A stretch of DNA of 64,000 bases. Origin: Alphaproteobacteria bacterium (GTDB lineage: Bacteria; Pseudomonadota; Alphaproteobacteria; GCA-2731375). Shown in pieces: positions 55,915 through 64,000 of the stretch (within the stretch, counting starts at the first letter, position 1; every line of letters starts with the position of its first letter). The position numbers and the translations under genes were made by a program. The notes under the pieces are model-generated. The model was given only the letters and a program-made list of their open reading frames with translations, was not told where the DNA came from and ran no database searches. The stretch spans positions 2,656,001 to 2,720,000 of the forward strand of contig CBDDPY010000002.1 of NCBI GenBank assembly GCA_965232515.1, read 5' to 3'.

Positions 55915-56031
55915 ATGTCAAATCGCTTGTCGGCCAGACGTGCGGCGGTGCTGATGCTCGGCGCCTGCGCGTTGGCCTGGCTGCTGCTGGCAGCGGCAAT
56001 CGATATTCTTTGGGTGCATTGGCTGTTCTGA
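55915..56031 (+). CDS. Unannotated single-TM membrane microprotein (38 aa)
   Basis: MSNRLSARRAAVLMLGACALAWLLLAAAIDILWVHWLF*; G-rich SD; downstream of the sigma54 promoter; in-frame alternative ATG at 55885. Confidence 0.6.
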   Translation: MSNRLSARRAAVLMLGACALAWLLLAAAIDILWVHWLF

Positions 56032-56352
56032 TCCGTCGCTGATCGCGCCCCTCCCCCGCCAACAACGACCGCCGGCCTGCCGGCAGAAGACGGCCGCCGC
56101 TCGATCAAATTCGATCAAAACAGCGGCGAGTTCCGATGTTCGCGCCAAAATGCCGCCGCGTTGGCCGTTTTCTTAAGAATTTCTGTGACTTTTTAGTGAT
56201 AAGACCTTTTGGGCCGGGACCAGTCCCTGGTCGAAAGGAAAGATGTGCTATACCCGTCTTGTCCCGTATTGGCACAGATGATAGCGTCATTTCTCGGGTC
56301 CACGGACCTGGGATGGCGGCCATCTTCGCGCAGCTAACGAGTCAGACCACGC

Positions 56353-57852
56353 ATGCCGCAGACCATACTGATCGTCGACGATGATCCGACGCAGCGCCGG
56401 CTGCTGGAGACGGTGATCGAGCGACAGGGCTATCAGACCCAGACGGCCAGCGGCGGCCAGGAAGCCATCGACCGGTTGTCGGACGCCAAGCAGAACGGCG
56501 TCGATCTGCTGTTGCTGGATCTGGTGATGCCTGATATCGACGGCATGAAGGTGCTGGAAGAGGTGCGCCGGTCACATCCGGCCCTTCCCGTCATCATGCT
56601 GACGGCGCAAAGCGGCATCGACACCATCGTGAAGTCCATGCGGGCCGGCGCCAACGACTTCATCGTCAAGCCGGCCAGTCCCGAACGGCTGCAGGTGTCG
56701 ATCGAGAACGCGCTGAAGATGAACGCGCTGACCGGCGAGATCTCGCGGCTGACGCGGAAGATCACCGGCGAGATGACGTTCGGCGACCTGATCAGCGAGA
56801 GCCCGGTGATGCGCCAGGCCATGGACCTGGCCGAGCGGGCGTCGACGTCGAACATCCCGATCCTGATCGAGGGCGAAAGCGGCGTCGGCAAGGAGGTCGT
56901 GGCGCGCGCCATCCAGGGCTCGGGCGAACGCGCCGGCAAGCCGTTCGTCGCCGTCAATTGCGGCGCCATCCCGGAGAATCTGGTCGAAAGCCTGTTGTTC
57001 GGCCACGAAAAGGGCGCCTTTACGGGCGCCAGCGACCGGCATGTCGGCAAGTTCCAAGAGGCCGACGGCGGCACCCTGTTCCTGGACGAGATCGGCGAGC
57101 TGCGCCCGGATATTCAGGTCAAGCTGCTGCGGGCGCTGCAGGAGGGCGAGATCGATCCGGTCGGCGGCAAACGGCCGATTAAGATCGACATCCGGCTGAT
57201 CTCGGCCACCAATCGCAACCTGCAGCAGATGGTGCAGGAAGGAAAGTTTCGCGAGGATCTCTATTACCGGCTGAGCGTCTATCCGATCTACGTGCCGCCG
57301 TTGCGGGAACGGCCGGAGGATCTGGGCCCGCTGGTCGACCACTTCATCGCCAGTTTCGCCGCGACCGAAGGCAAGGCGGTGAAAGGTATCCAGACCGGGG
57401 CGATGCAATTGCTTCGCAGCTATCCCTGGCCAGGCAACGTGCGGCAGCTGGAGAACGCGGTGTTCCGCGCCGTCGTGCTGTGCGACGGCGATGCGTTGGA
57501 CGTGGGAGATTTTCCGCAAATCGCGCAACTCTGCGGTATCGCCAGAGCGGAGCCGGAGATGTCGTCATCGGCGCCCTCACCCGTCATGGCGCCGATGGGG
57601 CAGACCGCAATGCCGATGACGCCGGCTTCGCAGGCACCGGCCCCGCCGACGCCGGGCAACGGCGGGCAGTTGTTCCTGTCGGACGGCAATATCCGTAAGC
57701 TGGAAGACGTCGAGGGCGACATGATTCGCCTGGCGATCGAAAAATACGATGGCCAGATGTCGGAAATCGCCCGCCGCCTCGGCATCGGTCGCTCGACGCT
57801 GTACCGCAAGGTCCGCGACCTCGGCATCGAAGTACGCGGCGGTGCGGACTGA
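56353..57852 (+). CDS. tacA: Sigma54-dependent response regulator (REC-AAA+-Fis HTH), TacA-like
   Basis: ILIVDDD/LLDLVMP REC; GESGVGKE, GAFTGA, LFLDEIGE, WPGNVRQLEN; MSEIARRLGIGRSTLYRK; lies near pepF as in other Alphaproteobacteria (symbol tentative). Confidence 0.85.
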   Translation: MPQTILIVDDDPTQRRLLETVIERQGYQTQTASGGQEAIDRLSDAKQNGVDLLLLDLVMPDIDGMKVLEEVRRSHPALPVIMLTAQSGIDTIVKSMRAGANDFIVKPASPERLQVSIENALKMNALTGEISRLTRKITGEMTFGDLISESPVMRQAMDLAERASTSNIPILIEGESGVGKEVVARAIQGSGERAGKPFVAVNCGAIPENLVESLLFGHEKGAFTGASDRHVGKFQEADGGTLFLDEIGELRPDIQVKLLRALQEGEIDPVGGKRPIKIDIRLISATNRNLQQMVQEGKFREDLYYRLSVYPIYVPPLRERPEDLGPLVDHFIASFAATEGKAVKGIQTGAMQLLRSYPWPGNVRQLENAVFRAVVLCDGDALDVGDFPQIAQLCGIARAEPEMSSSAPSPVMAPMGQTAMPMTPASQAPAPPTPGNGGQLFLSDGNIRKLEDVEGDMIRLAIEKYDGQMSEIARRLGIGRSTLYRKVRDLGIEVRGGAD

Positions 57853-58060
57853 GGCTAACCACTTGGCGGCAAAGGCCGCTCAGCCATATCAGAGCTTATC
57901 CGACGCGCGCGCGATCGTGGGCGGACGAAGGCGTATATCGTCCGAATAATCCATACATGACAAAGGGTTATGGGCGACGAAAAGGAAATCTCATTTGTAA
58001 AATAGGTCAGTAAGGATTACCTTTTTACCATACAGGCCGCACCAACCTGGGGTAATGCCT

Positions 58061-61000
58061 ATGACGCTCGCAGCGGTCAGCCTCGACGATAAGTACAGTC
58101 TCGATTCCGGCCGGGTCTATATCACCGGCGTTCAGGCGCTGATCCGATTGCCGCTGATGCAGCGGCAACGCGACATGGCCGCGGGGCTGAACACGGCAGG
58201 CTTCATTTCCGGCTATCGCGGCTCGCCGCTGGCGGCCTACGACCAGCAGCTCTGGCAGGCCAAGACCTACCTCGAACGCAACCACGTCAAGTTCCAGCCC
58301 GGCATCAACGAGGATCTGGCGGCGACGGCCGTCTGGGGCACGCAGCAGGTCAATCTGGGGCCGAAGCCGAAATACGACGGCGTCTTCGGCATCTGGTACG
58401 GCAAGGGCCCCGGCGTCGACCGCTGCGGCGACGTGCTGCGCCACGCCAACGCCGCCGGCACGAGCCCGCATGGCGGCGTGCTGATCATGTGCGGCGACGA
58501 CCATGGCGCCGTGTCGTCGACGTTGCCGCATCAGAGCGAGCACAACCTCGCCTCCTGGATGATGCCGATGCTGTATCCGGCAAGCGTCCAGGAATATATC
58601 GACTATGGCCTCCTCGGCTGGGCCATGTCGCGCTATGCCGGTGTGCTGGTCGGCTTCAAGTGCGTGACCGAGCTGGTCGAGAGCTCGGCCTCGATCCATG
58701 TCGATCCGCACCGCCTCGAGATCGCCTATCCCGACGACTTCGAGATGCCCGACGGCGGTCTGAACGCGCGCTGGCCGGACGACCGCTGGCAGCAGGAAGA
58801 GCGGCTGCAGCTGCACAAGGTCTATGCCGCGCTCGCTTTCGCGCGCGCCAACAAGATCGACCGCGTGGTCATCGACTCGCCAAACCCGCGCATCGGCATC
58901 GTCACCACCGGCAAGTCCTATCTCGACGTGCGCCAGGCGCTCGACGATCTCGGCATCGACGAGAAGATGTGCGCCGACATCGGCATCCGGCTCTACAAGG
59001 TCGGCATGCCCTGGCCGCTGGAGCGCGAGGGCGTGCGCGCCTTCGCCGAGGGCCTGGACGAGGTGCTGGTGATCGAGGAGAAGCGCGCCGTCATCGAGAA
59101 CCAGTTCCGCGAGCAGCTCTACAACTGGCGGGCGGACGTGCGGCCGCGCGTCGTCGGCAAGTTCGACGAGAACGGCGAATGGCTGTTCCCGAGCCACGGC
59201 GAGCTGTCCCCGTCGCAGATCGCCCGCATCATCGTCGACCGGCTCAAGGACTACGTCACCTCGCCGCAGATCGAGGAGCGCATGGCCGTGCTGGAGCGCA
59301 AGGAAGGCGCGCACAGCGCCGAGCCGGCGCCAGTCGAGCGCACGCCCTACTTCTGCTCGGGCTGCCCGCACAACACCTCGACCAAGGTGCCGGACGGCAG
59401 CCGCGCCATGGCCGGCATCGGCTGTCACTTCATGGCGGTCTGGATGGACCGGTCGACCGAGACCTTCACGCAGATGGGCGGCGAAGGCGTGCCCTGGATC
59501 GGCCAGGCCGATTTCACCGACGAGCCGCATATCTTCGCCAATCTGGGCGACGGCACCTATTACCATTCCGGTCTGCTGGCGATCCGGGCCTCGATCGCCG
59601 CCGACGTCAGCATCACCTACAAGATCCTGTTCAACGACGCCGTCGCGATGACCGGCGGCCAGACTCATGACGGCCCGCTGTCGCCCTGGCAGATCAGCCA
59701 GCAGGTGCACCACGAGGGCGTGAAGAAGATCGTCGTCGTCACCGACGAGCCGGAGAAATACGCCGTCGGCACCGACTGGGCGCCGGGTGTGACGATCCGG
59801 CACCGGGACGAGCTGGACAAGGTGCAGCGCGAGCTGCGCGAGGTGCCGGGCGTCACCGCGCTGATCTACGACCAGACGTGTGCCGCCGAGAAGCGCCGCC
59901 GGCGAAAGCGCGGCACCTTCCCGGATCCGGCCAAGCGCGCCTTCATCAACGATCTGGTCTGCGAGGGCTGCGGCGACTGTTCGGTGAAGTCGAACTGCGT
60001 TTCGGTGCAGCCGCTGGAAACCGACTTCGGTCGCAAGCGGCAGATCGACCAGTCCGCCTGCAACAAAGACTTCAGCTGCATCAAGGGCTTCTGCCCCAGC
60101 TTCGTGACGGTGAACGGCGGCACCGTGCGCAAGGCCAAGGCCGACCCGAAGAGCGGGCTGGACGCCGCCGCGGCGGCCGTGCCCGCGCCGGCGGCCCCCG
60201 AGGTGGACAAGCCCTACGATATCCTCGTCACCGGCGTCGGCGGCACCGGTGTCGTCACCGTCGGTGCGTTGCTGGGCATGGCGGCGCATATCGAAGGCAA
60301 GGGCGTCACCGTGCTCGACCATACCGGCCTCGCCCAGAAGAACGGCGCGGTGATGAGCCATGTACGCATCGCCGGGAAGCCGGAGGACATTCACTCCGTG
60401 CGCATGGCCGACGGCAATTGCGACCTGCTGCTGGGCTGCGACATGGTCGTGGCGGCGAGCGGCGAGGCGCTGCGCAAGGTGCAGAGCGGCAGCACGCACG
60501 CGGTCGTCAACAGCCACCTGATCCCGACGGCCGGCTTCACGCTGGACCCCAATATCGACTTTCAGGACGCACGGCTGCGCGAGATGATCCGCGAGGAGGC
60601 CGGCGATAACCTGAGCGAATTCGTCGACGCCACCAAGCTCGCGACCGCGATCATGGGCGATTCCATCGCCACCAACCTGTTCATGCTGGGCTATGCCTAT
60701 CAGCGCGGTCTGGTGCCGATCAGCGAGGACGCGCTGCACCAGGCGATCGAGCTGAACGGCGTCGCCGTCGACAACAACAAGCGGACCTTCGCGCTCGGCC
60801 GGCTTGCCGCGCACGATCTCGGCGCCGTCGAGGCGGCGGCGACGCCGCAGATCGCCGCGCCGTCGACGCCGCCGGCCGAGACGCTGGACGACGTGATCGA
60901 CCGGCGGGTGAAGTTCCTGACCGACTATCAGAACGCCGTCTACGCCCAGGCCTATCTGGACTACGTGCGCAAGACGGCCGACATCGAGGCCGAGCGGGCC

Positions 61001-61540
61001 AAGGGCAAGACCGGGCTGACCGAGGCGGTGGCGCGCTATCTGTTCAAGCTGATGGCCTACAAGGATGAGTACGAGGTCGCCCGGCTCTATACCGACGGCG
61101 ACTTCGAGCGCAAGCTGCGCACCCAGTTCCAGGGCGACTACAAACTGACCTTCCACCTGGCGCCGCCGCTGTTCTCGAACCGCGATCCGGAGACCGGCGA
61201 GCTGCAGAAGAAGGAGTTCGGGCCCTGGGTGTTCAAGGCCTTCAAGCTGTTGGCCGGGATGCGGGGCCTGCGCGGCACGCGCTGGGACATCTTCGGCTAT
61301 ACGGACGAGCGCAAGACCGAACGGCAGCTGATCGTCGACTATCGCGAGACCATGGACCGGATCCTGGGCGCGCTCAACGTCGAGAACCACGCGCTCGCCT
61401 GCGAGATCGCCCGCGTGCCGGAGGAGATCCGCGGCTACGGGCACGTGAAGGAACGCCACCTGGCGGCTGCCAAGGTGAAGGAGGGCGAGCTGCTGGCCGC
61501 CTTCGACAATCCGGCGCCGCAGGCGACCGCAGCGGAGTAG
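58061..61540 (+). CDS. Indolepyruvate ferredoxin oxidoreductase family protein (fused alpha/beta)
   Basis: SGYRGSPL, NEDLAAT, WYGKGPGVDR, FCSGCPHN, GDGTYYHSG, CEGCGDC, GVGGTGV, YKDEYEVARL. Confidence 0.96.
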   Translation: MTLAAVSLDDKYSLDSGRVYITGVQALIRLPLMQRQRDMAAGLNTAGFISGYRGSPLAAYDQQLWQAKTYLERNHVKFQPGINEDLAATAVWGTQQVNLGPKPKYDGVFGIWYGKGPGVDRCGDVLRHANAAGTSPHGGVLIMCGDDHGAVSSTLPHQSEHNLASWMMPMLYPASVQEYIDYGLLGWAMSRYAGVLVGFKCVTELVESSASIHVDPHRLEIAYPDDFEMPDGGLNARWPDDRWQQEERLQLHKVYAALAFARANKIDRVVIDSPNPRIGIVTTGKSYLDVRQALDDLGIDEKMCADIGIRLYKVGMPWPLEREGVRAFAEGLDEVLVIEEKRAVIENQFREQLYNWRADVRPRVVGKFDENGEWLFPSHGELSPSQIARIIVDRLKDYVTSPQIEERMAVLERKEGAHSAEPAPVERTPYFCSGCPHNTSTKVPDGSRAMAGIGCHFMAVWMDRSTETFTQMGGEGVPWIGQADFTDEPHIFANLGDGTYYHSGLLAIRASIAADVSITYKILFNDAVAMTGGQTHDGPLSPWQISQQVHHEGVKKIVVVTDEPEKYAVGTDWAPGVTIRHRDELDKVQRELREVPGVTALIYDQTCAAEKRRRRKRGTFPDPAKRAFINDLVCEGCGDCSVKSNCVSVQPLETDFGRKRQIDQSACNKDFSCIKGFCPSFVTVNGGTVRKAKADPKSGLDAAAAAVPAPAAPEVDKPYDILVTGVGGTGVVTVGALLGMAAHIEGKGVTVLDHTGLAQKNGAVMSHVRIAGKPEDIHSVRMADGNCDLLLGCDMVVAASGEALRKVQSGSTHAVVNSHLIPTAGFTLDPNIDFQDARLREMIREEAGDNLSEFVDATKLATAIMGDSIATNLFMLGYAYQRGLVPISEDALHQAIELNGVAVDNNKRTFALGRLAAHDLGAVEAAATPQIAAPSTPPAETLDDVIDRRVKFLTDYQNAVYAQAYLDYVRKTADIEAERAKGKTGLTEAVARYLFKLMAYKDEYEVARLYTDGDFERKLRTQFQGDYKLTFHLAPPLFSNRDPETGELQKKEFGPWVFKAFKLLAGMRGLRGTRWDIFGYTDERKTERQLIVDYRETMDRILGALNVENHALACEIARVPEEIRGYGHVKERHLAAAKVKEGELLAAFDNPAPQATAAE

Positions 61541-61543
61541 GAC

Positions 61544-62233
61544 ATGACCGAACAGCAATCCACCATCGTCGTCGGCGTCGGACCGGGCCTGGGCGCGTCC
61601 GTCGCGCGGCGTTTCGCCAAGGCCGGCTACGCCGTCGCCCTGGCCTCACGCAGCACCGACAAGCTCGCGCCCATCGTTGACGAGATCGCGCAGGCCGGCG
61701 GCACGGCCAAGGCCTATGCCTGCGACGCCACCAACGAGGCCGACGTTCAGGGCCTGTTCGAGGCGGCCGAAGCCGAGCTGGGACCGGCCGGCGTCGCCGT
61801 CTTCAACGCCAGCGGCCGGGTGCGCAAACCCATCGTCGACATCGAGGCGGACGAGTTCATCGAGGCCTGGATGCGCGGCTGCTTCGGCGGATTTCTTGTC
61901 GGCCGCGAGGCGGCCAGGCGCATGCAACCGCGCAAGTCGGGCTCGATCCTGTTCACCGGCGCGACCGCGAGCGTGAAGGCGCTGGCCCAGTCGGCCGGCT
62001 TCGCGGTGCCGAAATACGGTCTCAAGGCGCTCGCCGAATCCATGGCCCGCGGGCTGCAGCCGGACGGTATTCACGTCGCCCATTTCGTCATCGACGGCGG
62101 CATCGGCCACGACGACGGCGACAAGTTCCTGGACCCCGACGCCATCGCCGAGACCTACTACCAGACCCACGCCCAGCACCGCAGCGCCTGGTCGACCAAC
62201 GTCGAGGTGCGGCCCTGGGTGGAGAATTTTTAG
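61544..62233 (+). CDS. SDR family oxidoreductase
   Basis: VVGVGPGLG, FTGATAS, HVAHFVIDG, RPWVENF. Confidence 0.92.
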   Translation: MTEQQSTIVVGVGPGLGASVARRFAKAGYAVALASRSTDKLAPIVDEIAQAGGTAKAYACDATNEADVQGLFEAAEAELGPAGVAVFNASGRVRKPIVDIEADEFIEAWMRGCFGGFLVGREAARRMQPRKSGSILFTGATASVKALAQSAGFAVPKYGLKALAESMARGLQPDGIHVAHFVIDGGIGHDDGDKFLDPDAIAETYYQTHAQHRSAWSTNVEVRPWVENF

Positions 62234-62286
62234 CGGGCGAATTGGGGCGGTTTGTCGGGACCGCCGTCATTTGAACCTGATGGCCG

Positions 62287-62393
62287 ATCCTTCGAGACGC
62301 GCCCTGCCGGGCGCTCCTCAGGATGAGGTTGGGGTTCGATACCGATGCCCGACCTCATGTTGAGGAGGACCTGCAAGGTCCGTCTCGAAACAT
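62287..62393. repeat. REP-like doublet (CCTCATCCTGAGGAG...CGTCTCGAAGGAT family) between convergent genes
   Basis: Inverted units 62287-62328 and 62353-62393; outer stems ATCCT/AGGAT vs ATGTT/AACAT covary. Confidence 0.8.
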
Positions 62394-62423
62394 GCGATAT
62401 CGGTTCCCGAAGGTCGGACCGGG

Positions 62424-62891
62424 TCACTGCCGCATGTGCCGGTTCATCATGTCGTGGCGCGCGCGGATGTCGGCGGGCCAGCGGCTTTTGATGTAGGCGA
62501 GCACGGCGACGATCTCGTCGTCCGACAGGATGCCCTCGTAGGCCGGCATGTCGCTTTGATAGCCCCGGCCGACGAAGGCGGCGGGCCCGCGCTTTGTCAG
62601 CTCGAAGAGATGCAGGTCGGGATGGTGCCAGGTATGGCCCGTGGCGTCGTGCGGTGGCGCCGGCAGGCGGCCGTTCGGCAGTCGCCGCCGCCAGTCGGGT
62701 TGGCCTTCGAGGTTGGCGCCATGGCAGGCGGCGCAGTGCTCGGTATAGATCTCCCTGCCCTCGGCCACGGCGGCGGCGTCGGTGGCATCGATCACGACGG
62801 CGCCCGCCGGCCGGTCGACATACCAGTAAAGACCGCCCGCGCCGACGGCGAGAACGGCGAGCGCGACAAGCAACAGTCGGCGGCGAGGCAA
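62424..62891 (-). CDS. c-type cytochrome (copper-resistance cluster type)
   Basis: N-terminal TM; CAACH heme motif; [20 protein letters not shown]; MPAY. Confidence 0.92.
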   Translation of the reverse strand: MPRRRLLLVALAVLAVGAGGLYWYVDRPAGAVVIDATDAAAVAEGREIYTEHCAACHGANLEGQPDWRRRLPNGRLPAPPHDATGHTWHHPDLHLFELTKRGPAAFVGRGYQSDMPAYEGILSDDEIVAVLAYIKSRWPADIRARHDMMNRHMRQ

Positions 62892-62893
62892 GC

Positions 62894-64000
<1,107 letters not shown>

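Noticed and set aside
56161-56290. CtrA box or sigma54 promoter directly upstream of tacA
   Set aside because: Only a single TTAA half-site; TGGCACAGATGATAGC has GG-GC spacing off by one
58025-61558. Very long antisense ORFs (1177 aa here; also 4472-6544, 18237-20507, 39160-41253, 53376-55679, 50136-52079, 42737-44512)
   Set aside because: Shadow frames of real high-GC genes; no motifs and biased Arg/Gly/Val composition

Overview
High-GC alphaproteobacterial chromosome segment. It looks Rhodospirillales-like, judged from the purE-purK-COQ9-def-rpsU and pnt-ctaH-ABC1-pepF-tacA gene order and from CtrA- and LexA-type boxes. The left ~41 kb is an accessory patchwork: regulators (LysR, GlxA/AraC, Cys-rich MarR), four MFS transporters (one truncated), four VOC proteins, catabolic enzymes, an orphan RND pump, a GAF kinase, three solitary PEP-CTERM surface proteins and a PA2779/PA2778 (C39 peptidase) pair, interspersed with palindromic REP-like repeats (four families across the window). 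The right ~23 kb is mostly core genes (purEK, def, rpsU, pntAB, oligoendopeptidase F, TacA-like sigma54 activator, fused indolepyruvate oxidoreductase, cytochrome c, truncated CopA). I saw no tRNA, rRNA, CRISPR array, transposase or phage gene. The most notable unannotated signals are five. (1) A complete sigma54 promoter (two TGT-N11-ACA enhancer sites, IHF-like site, -24/-12) in front of a 38-aa membrane microprotein absent from the ORF track, just upstream of the TacA-like activator. (2) A ~270-nt multi-hairpin candidate RNA with mutually exclusive folds at ~24 kb. (3) Single genes bracketed by pairs of covarying repeat elements. (4) A divergent promoter with both a LexA box and an FNR/FixK box. 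(5) A Cys4-MarR coupled to a gamma-CA-fold protein that lacks the Zn ligands. All calls were made by eye; no database searches were run.
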